From Pristiophorus japonicus (taxonomy: Eukaryota): a DNA stretch of 64,000 bases. Shown in pieces: positions 23,038 to 35,741 of this stretch. Where the stretch lies: contig NC_091992.1 of assembly GCF_044704955.1 (NCBI RefSeq), forward strand, positions 12,648,001-12,712,000, given 5' to 3'. The notes beneath the pieces were generated by a model. It did no database searches, was not told where the DNA came from, and was given only the letters and a program-made list of their open reading frames with translations. The position numbers and the translations under genes were made by a program. Numbering within the stretch: position 1 is the stretch's first letter; the number at the start of each line of letters is the position of its first letter.

Positions 23038-25210
23038 TGGGTGGAGAGAAGAAATAGTAAGGGAAAGAAGTCACTTGTGGGAGTAGTCTGTCGGCCCCCT
23101 AACAGTAGTTACACTTGTAAGAAAGGTACTGCAATAATCAAGGGCAAATTTAATCTTCATATACATTGGACAAATCAAATTGGCAAAGGTAGCCTCGAGG
23201 ACAAGTTCATAGAGTGTATTTGGGATGGTTTCTTAGAACAATACGTTGTAGAACCAACCTGGGAGCAGGCTATTTTAGATCTGGTAATGTGTAATGAGAT
23301 AGAATTAATTAATGATCTCATAGTAAAGGATCCTCTAGGGAAGAGTAATCATAGCATGTTAGAAATTCAAATTCAGTTTGAGGTGAGAAACTTGGGTCTG
23401 AATCTAGTGTCCTAAACTTAAATAAAGGCAATTTCAAAGGTATGAAGACAGAGTTGGCTAATATAAAAAGGAAGAGAGTAGCTAAAGTAAACGTTGGTCC
23501 CTTAGAGGATAAGACTGGGGAATTAATAATGGGAAACAGGGAAATGGCAGAAACGTTGAACAATTATTTTGTATCGGTTTTCACGGCAGAAGATACTAAA
23601 AGCATTCCAATAATAATCATCAAGAGGCTATAGGGAGGGAGGAACTTAAAACAATTACTATCATTAGAAAAAAAGTACTAGGCAAACTGATGGGACTAAA
23701 GGCGGACAAATCCCCTGGACCTGATAGCTTATATCCTAGGGTCTTAAAAGAAGTGGCTGCAGAGATAGTGGATGCATTGGTTGTAATCTACCAAAATTCC
23801 CTGGATTCTGGAGAGGTCCCAGCTGATTGGAAAAACGCAAATGTAACACCCCTATTGAAGAATGGAGGGAGACAGAAAGCAGGAAACTATAGACCAGTTA
23901 GCCTAACATTCGTCATTGGGAATATGCTGGAATCCATTAAGAAAGTAGTAACAGGACATTTAGAAAATCATAATACAATCAAGCAAAGTCAACATGGTTT
24001 TATGAAAGGGAAATCATGTTTGACAAATTTACTACAGTTCTTTGAGGATGTAACAAGCAGGGTGAATAACGGGGAACCCAGTAGATGTAATGTATTTGGA
24101 TTTCCAAAAGGCATTTGACAAGGTGCCACATAAAAGGTTACACCACAAGTATCGAGCTCACAGGGTTGAGGGTAATATATTAGCATGGATAGAGGATTGG
24201 CTAACTAACAGAAAACAGAGTTGGGATAAATGGGTCATTTCAGGTTGGCAAACTGTAGCTGGTGAGGTGTCACAGGGATCAGTGCTGGGGCCTCAACTAT
24301 TTACAATCCATATTAAAGACTTGGATGAAAGGAGAGTGTGTACTGCAGCCAAATTTGCTGATACAAAGATAGGTGGGAAAGCAAGTTGCGAGAAGGACAC
24401 AAAGAATCTGTAGGTTGTGAGTGGGCAAAGATATAGGTAGGGTAAGTGAGTGGGCAAAAATTTGGCAGATGGAGTATAATGTGGGAAAGTGTGAGGTTAT
24501 CCCCTTTGGCCGGAAGAATAAAAAAGCAAATTATTATTTAAATGGAGAGACACTACAAAATGCTGTGGTACAGAGGGATCTGGGGGTCTTCGTACAATGA
24601 AACACAAAATGTTAGCATGCAGGTAGAGCAAGAAATTAGGAAGGCAAATGAAATGTTGGCCTTTATTGCAAGGGAGATGGAGTATAAAAGTAGGGAAGTC
24701 TTGCTACAACTGTACGAGGCATTGGTGAGACCACATCTGGAGTACTGCGCACGGGTTTTGTCTCCTTATTTAAGCAGAGTTATACTTGCATTGGAGGCAG
24801 TTCAGAGAAAGTTCACGAGGTTGATTCCCGAGATAAACATAGAAACATAGAAAATAGGTGCAGGAGTAGGCCATTTGGCACTTCGAGCCTGCACCACCAT
24901 TCAATATCATGGCTGATCATTCACCTCAGTACCCCTTGATCCCTTTAGCCGCAAGATGTCTTATGAAAAAAGGTTGAGCCTATACTCATTGGCGATTAGA
25001 AGAATGAGAGATGATTTTACTGAAATAGACAAGATTCTGAGGAAGCTTAAGAGGGTAGATGCAGAGAGGATGTTTTCCCTCGTGGGGGAATCTAGAACTA
25101 GGGGGCATGGTTTCAGAATAAGGGGTCGCCTATTTAAAATGCAAATGTGGAGGAATTTCTTCTCTGAGGCTCAAGGGGCCAAATGGCCTACTCCTATTTA
25201 TGTTCTTATG
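23038..25210 (+). mobile_element. Degenerate CR1 LINE ORF2 (APE and RT remnants, internal deletions) carrying an antisense CR1 3' fragment at ~24836-24955
   Basis: ORFs 23041, 23690, 24090 and 24542 contain YRPVSLT, YLDFQKAFDKVPH, QGSVLGP and KFAD; frameshifted. Confidence 0.92.
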
Positions 25211-25510
25211 TAACCCTCAGATATCTACATTCCTCTATTTCTGGCCTCTTGAGCATCTCCGATTTTGAATTTCTCAACTTTTGTGTCCATGCCTTCAGCT
25301 GTAAGGCCCTAAGCTCTAGAATTCCTTCTGTAAACCTCTACCTCTCTTTCCTCCTTTAAGACGCTCCTTAATACCTACCTCTTTGACCGAGCTTTTGGTC
25401 ATCTGCCTTAATATCTCCTTATGTGGGGTTAAATTTTGTTTAATAACGCTCCTGTGAAGTGCTTTGGGACTTTTTATTTCGTTAAAGATGCTATATAAAT
25501 TTAAGTTGTT
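25211..25510 (+). mobile_element. L2 LINE 3' end
   Basis: Reverse complement of the L2 ends at 46535 and 54637. Confidence 0.75.
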
Positions 25511-26782
25511 GGTGTTTACTTTTATACTTCATATGGAATGTTAGATGTTCATCAAAATGTATTACTCATTCACCAGGAACAGTGACAGTTAGTAATGGCG
25601 ATTCATCATTACTACAATGTTCTTCACTCTTACCAATCTTGACACAGTCTCATCACAAGCATTATAAAAATCATCTTATGGAATTAAAGTGGTTTCCCAT
25701 ATCATCGACCAATGCTCCTCAACAACCACATTGACATTTCAAGATCAATGACTTGAATAATTCAAATGTAATTAATGATTTCAGTCAAATATGGGCAAAT
25801 TTTGAAAAGGTTCCACAACAGTTGACACTGGTAGATTTAGGTAATTATCTGATGGGCTGATGCACGAGAAAGATCACAATGAGGTTTATCGAGTTTTAAT
25901 AGCCTTGAAGTAAGTAAGTTCACGACATGAAAACAACCCAACATTAAGGCATTGTTTCACTGGTGAACAAGTTAACAGTCTTTATATCCTGTGCACCATA
26001 ATACCCTCAACGGAACAGATAAAGGAAGGTGGCTCAGGAACAGGAACTGATTAAACAATTCTATTAGCCTGTAGAAGCCCAGCAACAGACTGCAAATGTA
26101 AAAACTGGAGAACACAAGGAAGTAATTTTGGCATTGTTTTCCCAGGAGCCAAACTGCACCAAGTTACAATATAAAAATACCTAGTAAGCTGAAATGCAGA
26201 ATAAATGGCTAAGTTTACACTCTAACTTCAGCTAACATTATTAGGTTTTCCTAAATGACAAGCTGCTAATTTGAGCCCTGGCATTCCTTCTTTGCATGGA
26301 ATGTGAAGTTGCCAGATGCAGGGATGAGCAACGGTTATATTTCAGCACCCCATTAAGGTTTTTTTCCTTGGAGGGAGAGGGAGAAGGATAGAAAATGGAA
26401 AACATAGTCTCGGTGCTCTATCCTTTGTCTTGATTCCTCAAGAGGGAAGAATGGTTCTGTTTCCCCAAGGTCCTGATAACATTGTTCGATAACCCATCTC
26501 TGGGAAAAGAGTGCTGCAGCTACCCAAAGATGAAGATTTCTCAAATGTGTCTCTCACTTCAATTAGTCAGTTGTCAAAATGGTACAGCTAAGATCAAAAG
26601 CTCCAAGTATGGAATCATACTTGCACCTAACCACCTCCAATCACTATGACACCCTACCCACCATCGAATTTCTTATAAGATCTATCAAAAACTGATTTTG
26701 GGGGGGTCGGGGGTAGAAAGTTATTTACTCTACAAATCCCATCACCTGTTGAAATTCCGTCCTGTTGCAATAGGAAACTTAC

Positions 26783-26926
26783 CATGTTATTTACATTTTT
26801 CAAGATGGTGGTGAGACCACTTATGACTAAGGAAAACTTGTACTTGGAAATATTGATGAGACATTCCTTGTTGTGTTCGGTGCTGACTTTGGAGTGCGTG
26901 TTTTGCTGCCCACCTTTAACTGGAAG
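26783..26926 (-). CDS. NF1: Neurofibromin coding exon 2 (LPVKGGQQNTHSKVSTEHNKECLINISKYKFSLVISGLTTILKNVNNM)
   Basis: Near-identical to recalled human NF1 residues 21-68. Length 144 nt; AG acceptor at 26928-26927 after a pyrimidine tract; GTAAGT donor at 26782. Confidence 0.96.
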
Positions 26927-27284
26927 CTGAGGAAGGAAAAAGATGAACAAAAATGTCACTTCATTGTATTGTGATGAGACGCAATATATTTGGTAAACTG
27001 CATTTAAAAGCTTTGCACGTTCTTGGTTCAGAAACATTCCATATACAGGTTTTTTAATTACGTTTTCAAAACTAATAAAACAATGTTAATATTTTACCAA
27101 AACAAAAGGCCAAGACTATTCTTTTCTCCTGCATATCTGGAATTTCAACATTTGATGACATTCAGAATGCACCTTTGTTTCATCCTTTGTACAAATTTAA
27201 CTGCGATTAAAAAGGTCAGGATTCATCCAGCTGCCCATGTGGCTCACTTGCTCGTGGCAGTGACTAAACCATAATTAACCAGAA

Positions 27285-27592
27285 TCATGGGACTCATGCA
27301 ATATAAAGAACCATCACTGACCCAATAACAGCCCTCGGAGACAGTGGGCTGCGCTCCACCCAATCCGCACAGGGCACGGACGATACGGCCACCTGCTCCG
27401 CAAGTGGAAAGTGAGGGACGACCGTAAGTGTGACTGTGACCATGAGTCTCAGACCGTGGAACACATCACGTCAACCTACCCACTGAGCAGGATGCACCCC
27501 ATTTCCCCACTCGGCATCTCAGGAGGCCATCGAAGGGAGAGCCAAGATGTGACATCCCATTATAAACTTATCCCGTCACACGAAAGTAGTAG
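27285..27592 (+). mobile_element. Vingi/Ingi-like LINE 3' fragment with a 13-bp TSD
   Basis: Encodes PRRQW...IRTGHGRYGHLLRKWKVRDDRKCDCDHESQTVEHI (CCHC-type C-terminus). Tail CACGAAAGTAGTAG. TSD TAATTAACCAGAA at 27272-27284 and 27593-27605. Confidence 0.75.
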
Positions 27593-28198
27593 TAATTAAC
27601 CAGAAGACCACAGCTCCAGCCGGGTTAGCTATACAGCTGCAATAACAAATTGACTCATTGTAATGGCGGTGGGGTGATGTGGGGCAGAAAAAGAAAATTC
27701 AGCCAGGCCTCCCACATCCTATTATCTAATGACCCCTGCACTCATCATCCCCAGAGTCCAGCCGGACCCCAAGCTTAACTGCAACCCTCAAATCCCACAT
27801 GTCACCACGACGGTTTACTTCGATCTCTGAAATATTGCCAGCCTGCTTTATCCTCTTGACCATGGAAATCTTTATTGTGCCTTCATGAACCATTCCATTT
27901 CTCCGATGCTGTCCTGCTAGCTTCTCCTGTTTTACCCTGCACAACTGATCCAGATCATCATGGCCTGTACTTCCACCATACAAAAGTGCCCCTTCTAAAT
28001 TCATCAACAAAAATCAACATTATACTGCCAGTTTATTTTCTTAATCATTGTTAACACAATCATCCAGGTTTACACGGATCAGAAAAGAGAAACGGAATCA
28101 AAAACATTTACTCTTCTGTCCCTTTAAAGACACATTTTGCTAAGGCTGTTAGACTGCAGTACTGTTTTACTTCATATAAAAAGTACAGTGGGTGCTGC

Positions 28199-28897
28199 TG
28201 TGGAAATGTATTTTTATCTAAGCCGATACCATACGGTATTTGTGTGCCCTTTGCAATATATATATATATATATATATAACAAAATGGAGTCCTGGCCCTT
28301 CCAGAACTTTCTGCATAAAGGCAGTCAGCTTGCAATCTGGTTTGAGATGGCTGATGGCCATCAGACAGCTAGGAGACAAGTCATGCTGAGACAAGTACCC
28401 CCCCCCCCCCCATGGTGCTCTCCTATTGTCTACACGACAAGAGTTCCATGTCACCCCACCCTTATCTTCTAGACTCAAACCACCAGCCATTATCTCTTGT
28501 AGAGACCTCATCCATTTGATGCAAACAGATAAACTGACTAGGAAACTGAACAATGCAAGACAGGTAATAGCTCATTACCTCATTCTCATGGAGTAATGGC
28601 CGGCTGGCCAACTAATAACCCTGACAAAAGGAAATATCTGGAAACCATGTCAGGACAAGGATGTAGTAATTAACTCTTTATCTGTATTCACTGACTACGA
28701 GACAGAGCCAATACAGAGGGAGAGGCCATAACTTTGGTTTTACTGTATAAATATCTTGTGAAACTGTACCATTGTGGAGGTGTTCACTTAGCCCTTGACT
28801 AAGTGTGACCTGCCCCTTGCTAGCAAGTAAATTAAAGAAACTTCTGCCGGAGCTGTAAGTGTCGGAGTCATTCTTTTCGGAGGTCAAGATTTCGACA
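28199..28897 (+). mobile_element. Solo LTR, copy 1
   Basis: Ends TGTGGAAAT...ATTTCGACA (TG..CA, 8/9 inverted). 4-bp TSD CTGC. TATAAA at 28746, ATTAAA at 28831. Near-identical to the 51796 copy. Confidence 0.9.
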
Positions 28898-30189
28898 CTG
28901 CACACATTTACTTAAACATACTTGAAACCCAGAAAACAAATAATGATTCAAACATATTAAATAAACTGTTAACACATATACAAGTGCACTCTAAATTTTG
29001 AGTACATAACCACCCACCACCGAATATTACAAACTGTTTGTGTACTTTATTACTGCTGATAAAACTATGGAACAGCCGGGAGAGAGACTGAAGTCTATCT
29101 AGTTAATATCTGAATCTATAATAATCACACATGCATACTTTACTCCCTGTTTCACATTTGAGACTTGTCAAATTTATTGTGAAGCAATTCAATAATGGAA
29201 ACTTGCCATGCTGTAATCATGCCCTTCACCCAGAGGTGCAGAGCCTTCACAGGAAGGAGGGTGTAATTACAGCGTGACTAGTTTCCATAGGCAGCTTCCA
29301 TTACGAATTTGGAGATAGGAATTTATAATATAAAACATGGAAAGAAAGTATGTGCAGACGCAAGATTTGCTTTTATACAGAACATAAAAATCAATTATAT
29401 AGAAACAAGATTAGGAGTATATAACTTCAAAATGGGGACTGAATTACAGCTGAGCACCCAAGTCCAATTAACCCCCACCCTCACTTCACTAAAAACACTT
29501 GGTTTTGATTTCCATTGTGCAACACCACAGAAGATTGACTCGGCATATTAAAATACTTTGTATGTGCCAAGGGTCTTCAAACTACATTATTTCGTAACCC
29601 TCCAATTGCTGCCATCTCTCTCCTTTAACCAGTCTCAGATTTGCCTCCACCAAATTCTCTCCTCTTTGCCCAGTTTCAGGCCTTCCACCAGCTGCCCCCA
29701 AGGATGGACTGCCATCATTTCCCATTAGTTCACTACCTGGCCTCTTAAGAGCACTGCCTCCCTTCAACTTTACCATACATCCTGTGACCAATGCCACGGG
29801 TGATTTATTAGTCAAAAGCTAAATACGAGTTGGATGTAGAAAATGGGTGATGTTGGGATTCCAAAACTAACCAGTAATCTCCGAACCCAGAATTCACAGT
29901 GATGAGAGAAAACTAGTTAGCAAACCAATAGATTAAACAAGGAGTAGGAGGATATGCCGTGTAACATACAATACATCAGAGCTTCTGATTTGGTGATTGA
30001 ATAAGTTAAAAGTTGTGTTTTTAATACAAAGTTGTAGACACAAGTTCAAATGATGTGATTATGTCAACGTTTATTCTGAAAATTGCAAAACCAGCAACCT
30101 TGGTTATAGGTTTGGCTAGTTATGCACTCAGTTCTATTTTTTTTGAAGGAGATATGATAATAGTGAAAATGCTCCCGGTTGCACGTGGA

Positions 30190-30495
30190 TCGCAGTCATT
30201 TTTGTAATGAAGGCAATCACAGCAACCAGTTTGAGCACAAGGTTTCACAAACAGCAAATTAATAAATGACCAGATAATTGTTTTTTTTTGTGGTGTTGGT
30301 TGAGGAAGGAACATTGGCCAAGGCGCCAGGGTAACTCCCTGCTCTTCTTCAAATTGTACCATGGGATCTTTTATAACCAACTGAGCAGGCAGATGGGGTT
30401 CTTGGTTTAACATCTCATCCAAAAGACAGCACTTTCTAAAATGCAGTTCATAACTGCACTGAAATGTCACCCCAGACTATTGTCCTCAAGTCTTG
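30190..30495 (-). mobile_element. Deu-domain SINE fragment
   Basis: Core CCCTGCTCTTCTTCAAATTGTACCATGGGATCTTTT...GGTTTAACATCTCATCC. Confidence 0.7.
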
Positions 30496-30614
30496 CAACA
30501 TTCTGATTACAATATAGGTAACACATTTAACCAAGTCTCAATTCAAATTGCATTCTTCGTACAGGTTATTAGAAAACTTAACTCCGCTGGAGTATACACT
30601 GGATAATATGGTGG

Positions 30615-31000
30615 AACTATCCCCGGTGTCCTGGACAATATTTATCCCTCAACCAACATCACACTAAACGGGGGATCAAGGGGTGTGGCGAGAAAGCAGG
30701 AAGGGGGTACTGAAGTTTCATGTTCAGCCATGAACTCATTGAATGGCGGTGCAGGCTGGAAGGGCTGAATGGCCTGCTCCTGCACCTATTTTCTATGTTT
30801 CTATGTTTCTATGTAAACAACAGATTATCTGGTCATTACCACATTGCTGTTTGTGGGAGCTTGCTCTGCGCAAATTGGCTGTCGCGTCTCCGATATTACA
30901 ACAGTGACTACATTTCAAAAAGGACTTCATTGGCTTTAAAGCACTCTGGGTCGTCCGGTGGTCGTGAAAAGCGCTGTAGAAATGCAAGTCTTTCTTTTCA
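30615..31000 (+). mobile_element. Deu-domain SINE split by a CR1 3' fragment (30670-30813)
   Basis: SINE sequence resumes after the CR1 tail (TTTCTATG)3; TSD TAAAC. Confidence 0.85.
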
Positions 31001-31337
31001 CGGGGCAATTACAAAACCTAGATTCAAGTTTCCAAACTTCTGGAGACTTTAAATTAATGGAAGACAAATGGGAGACACACCCAGGGAGAAAAAAAGCTTA
31101 TGCAATTACATGAATAGTTTAGTGACAAGAATTAAACAGTGATCCAATGTTGCACATTTTAAATAAAATCCAGGTATCTCTCGACATGAACAAAAGGTAA
31201 AATGGTTGGCTTATTCTATCATTGTCTCACAATCTGTCCACTTTACATCGAGCCAGACCTGCCTTTTAGTAGCCTAAATCAATCCTGTCATCACTCTACA
31301 AGAAAAGCATACTGATGCCACTGATTTTCAATGTCAA

Positions 31338-32220
31338 ATAAAAACATAGAAAATAGGTGCAGGAGTAGGCCATTCGGCCCTTCGAGCCTGCACCATCATT
31401 CAATAAGATCATGGCTGATCATTCACCTCAATACTCCTTTCCTGCTTTCTCTCCATACCCCTTGATCCCTTTAGCCGTAAGGGCCATATCTAACTCCTTC
31501 TTGAATATATCCAATGAACTGGCATCAACAACTCTCTGCGGCAGGGAATTCCACAGATTAATAACTCAGTGAAGAAGTTTCTCCTCATCTCAGTCCTAAA
31601 TGGCCTACCCCTTATCCTAAGACTATGTCCCCTGGTTCTGGACTTCCCCAACATCGAGAACATTCTTCCCGCATCTAACCTGTCCAGTCCCGTCAGAATC
31701 TTATATGTTTCTATGAGATGCCCTCTCATTCTTCGAAACGCCAGTGAATAAAGGCCCAGTTGATCCAGTCTCATATGTCAGTCCTACCATCCAGGGAATC
31801 AGTCTGGTGAACCTTCGCCACTCTCCCTCAATAGCAAGAATGTCCTTCCTCAGATTAGACGACCAAAACTGAACACAATATTCCAGGTGAGGCTTCCCTG
31901 CTCCTATACTCAAATCCCCTAGCTATAAAGACCAACATACCATTTGCCTTCTTCACCACCTGCTGTACCTGCATGACACCCAGGTCTCGCTGCACCTCCC
32001 CTTTTCCTAATCTGCTGCCATTCAGATAATATTTTGCCCTCATGTTTTTGCCACCAAAGTGGATAACCTCACATTTATCCACATTATACTGCATCTGCCA
32101 CTTGTTTGCCCACTCACCTAACCTGTCCAAGTCACCCTCTGCAGCCTTTTAGCGTCCTCCTCACAGCTCACACCGCCACCCAGCTTAGTGTCATCTGCAA
32201 ACTTGGAGATATTACACTCA
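31338..32220 (-). mobile_element. 5'-truncated CR1 LINE with internal deletions
   Basis: RT C-terminal ORFs 31490, 31701 and 31855. TSD AATGTCAA at 31330-31337 and 32221-32228. Confidence 0.92.
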
Positions 32221-33155
32221 AATGTCAAGTGTACACAAGCAGCAACTGGGTTCTAAATCCTGACTGGCAGCAAGTATAGAATTATCAGTGATCCAGTGGG
32301 TTATGATGCTTAAGCAAAAACAGAAATCAGTTATGGCGAAGTCCATCTCGAGATGTGAACACTGTTGTTTGTCAGTATTTTTTCTGTCCTTTGCTGTAGA
32401 GATCAACCTTCCCTTAGAAAAGATCTCAACTTCACTAAGCACTCAAGTGTTCAATGGCACATCTATTGTGAAATAAAGCTATACAGGGTACCTGTATTTT
32501 GAAGAGGTGTTGGAAGAGGGGCAAAAGGATGGAAAGAATAAGATTGTAATAAAATACGATTTCATTGTAAGTTTGTCAGTTTATCTTTTTTCCTCCATAG
32601 TACCTTGCAATAATCAATCAGCCAGAAGGGAGAAAAACTCAAATCACAGCTATTTAATAAAATGGTTCAAGAATCCTAAATGTTGTCTATTAAAAAAAGG
32701 TTCTATTTATTTCCTTTTTATGTCCACTCATGAAGTGAGCAGTTATTTTCCTCAATTTGCAATTGTCAAAGCTTATCTGTGCCCATCTACCCATAGACAT
32801 AACCAAGATGATTCTTCATCGGAGATCATGAAGAAAAATCAGACTTCCTCCGTTACGAGACAGTCAGAAATCTAGTTACACGGTTGAGAAAGTTGAAAGC
32901 CAACTTTACAGACAAGTACCAGAACGGTTTATGTTGATGCTATATATTGAAGTGTTACTTCACATCCATGTAAAATGAAGTTCTATATTCCATAGATCTA
33001 GCTCTCAAACCTTTTACCTTTTTCATAATACATAACAGGATAGATTCTCAGGTTTAGAAAACCTTCACAAGGCACACTGAAGAACTTGTACTGGATTCAT
33101 AATATATGCACCTAGCTCACCACACCCGCACCATACAGACACACCCACCCACACA

Positions 33156-33290
33156 CAAAGTTCCCTCTAACAGGCTGCGCAGGCCATTCAAAAGTCCTCA
33201 CATGCGCAGTTGTTCTATTTAAAAGCCGGCTCACCGGCTGCACGGGACCTGCAGTGCGCTGCGCGGCCACACAGCTTATAGGGAACGTTG
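33156..33290. mobile_element. Short TIR element (possibly hAT-type MITE)
   Basis: CAAAGTTCCCTCTAA and TTATAGGGAACGTTG (13/15 inverted); no clear TSD. Confidence 0.6.
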
Positions 33291-33532
33291 GTACACAGCC
33301 CCTTAGCCACAAACATACACACAATTATATCAACACCCCAATCACATACACATATCTACACTCGTAAATATTCCCCCCCACCTCCCCAAATACATTCCCC
33401 AGGAACCCTCCCCCCATACATCCTCCAACCCCCAAACACACGTACATAGATACACACACACACACACACACACACTAACCCCAAGACGAAAAACACCCTA
33501 CAATATAAATCAGGCACATCAAATGGCTGATA

Positions 33533-33903
33533 AGAAACATAAGAACATAAGAAATATGAGCAGCAGTAGGCCATTTGACCCTCTGAGCCTGCTCCGCCAC
33601 TCAATAAGATCATGGCTGATCTGATCTTGGCCTCAATTTCACTTCCCTGCCCGCTCCCCACAACCCTCGACTCCCTTATCATTCAAAAATCTGTATCTCC
33701 ACCTTAAATATATTCAATGACCCAGCCTCCACAGCTCTCTCGGGCAGAGAATTTCAAAGATTCACAACCCTGAAAGAAGAAATTCCTCCTCATCTCTGTT
33801 TTAAATGGGTGACCCCTTATTCTGAATCTTTGCCCCCTAATTCTAGATTCCCCCACGAGGAGAAACATCCTCTCTGCATCCCCCTCAGAATCTTATACGT
33901 TTA
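33533..33903 (-). mobile_element. CR1 3' fragment (TTCTTATG-tail subfamily)
   Basis: Has a (CATAAGAA)n tail on the + strand and is the reverse complement of the 12752 copy. Confidence 0.88.
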
Positions 33904-35741
33904 AGATGCAGGAAATGCAACCATCACATTGCTGCAATAGGGAGTCAGTGCATTGTCAGGATAAATGTACAATAAGCCTGTGCTTAAAAGGCAAGAGCTT
34001 CTGATGCTGAAAAAGTATCAAAAGTTGAAAAGTACTTCCTGAACAATCAACGCTATCCTTTTTGAAAAGCAATGTATACCAAAAATAAATGCCATTTGAT
34101 ATAATCCAGATTTAATCAACTACAAAATCACACCATTGGCCCAACAAACACTTTGTAATTTAGTCTAAAGTGTTGTAACAAAATCCATACACGTTTTCAA
34201 ATTTGCTAATGCAGAAAACATGATAAAACATTACTCCATTATCTTAAATAATCATGAACCAAAATGCATTGCAGTGAACTTATTTACAAATCTACACATC
34301 TGACTCCAAAGTACAGAAGCAAATCAAATGCAGCTTTGACCTCCAAATACAATTCATTCTTTTCTATGTCGTGACTCTCTTCAGTCATATTTCCAGGCCA
34401 GATTTCAACAAGCTATTCAGAAGGATACAGGAGACTTACACACATAGCATACAACTTGTTAAAATTGATGTTAAAAAATGCTGCTCGCTAAACAGTGGAC
34501 ACATTGTTTCACTTGCATGCAGTGAATTCCTTAAAGGTCATAGTCCAACCATTTCCCTTGTGTGCAGAAAGCCAGAATCAGTTGTATATGATGCTAAGCA
34601 TTGGAGCACAGAAGACTGAATCTCACTTGTTGAATTTCATTTCAAAACTGGTGTGGAAGCACACAAAAACATTAACCCTTTGTTGGCTGCAGTGAAACGA
34701 AGCTCAAAATATCAAGCACTGACGACAATTAATTACTGAAAACACTGCAGTCTGATCTGGTGAGCAAAAATGTAAAAAGTCAAAAAATAAGGAGAAGGCA
34801 GTAGAACAGGGTAGGTAGCACTGGGGGAAATGAAAACCAGAGCGTGCCAGGAAGGGACAGAATGCATAAATAGAAAGGTGAATCAGAAAGTGGGGTCAAA
34901 ACAGGAAAAAATGGTAAAAACACAAATTTAAAAGCTCTTTATCTGAATGCACGCAGCATTCATAATAAAATAGATGATTTGACAGCACAAATAGATACAA
35001 ATGGGTATGATCTGATAGCCATTACAGAGCAAGGTGACCAGGACTGGGAACTAAATATTCAGGGGCAATTGACAATTCAGAAGGACAGACAGAAAGGAAA
35101 GAGAGGTGGGGTAGCACTGTTAATAAAGGATGAGATCAGTGCGTTAGTGAGAAACGATATTGGCTAAGATCAAGATGTTGAATCAGTTTAGGTGGTGATA
35201 AGGAATAATAAAGGGAAAAAGTCACTCCTGGGCGTAGTCTATAGGCCCCCTAACAGTAACTACACTGTTGGACAGAGTATAAATCAAGAAATAATGGAGG
35301 CTTGTAATAAAGGAACGGCAATAATCATGGGCGCTTTTAACCTTCATATTGACTGGACAAAGCAAATTGGCCAGGGTAGCCTTGAGGAAGAGTTCAGAGA
35401 GTGTATCCGGGATAGTTTCCTTCAACATTACATTGCAGAACCAACCAGGGAGCAAGCCATCTTAGATCTGGTACTGTGTAATGAGACTGGATTAATAAAT
35501 GATCTCCTAGTAAAGGATCCTCTAGGAATAAGTGACCATAACATGGTTGAATTTCAAATTCAGTTGGAGGGTGAGAAAGTTGGTTCTCAAACCAGTGTCC
35601 TACGCTTAAACAAAGGAGACTACAAAGGTATGAAGGCAGAGTTGGCAAAAGTGGACTGAGAAACTAGATTAAAGTATGGGACAGTTGATCAGCACTGGCA
35701 GACATTTAAGGAGATATTTCATAACTCTCAACAAAAATAAA

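Noticed and set aside
28108-28905. Duplicated small ORFs (also 51910-52507) suggesting a gene pair
   Set aside because: They are incidental frames within the two solo LTRs.
35161-35174. TGGCTAAGATCAAG match to the U2 snRNA 5' region
   Set aside because: Only 14 nt, and it lies within CR1 APE coding sequence; chance match.
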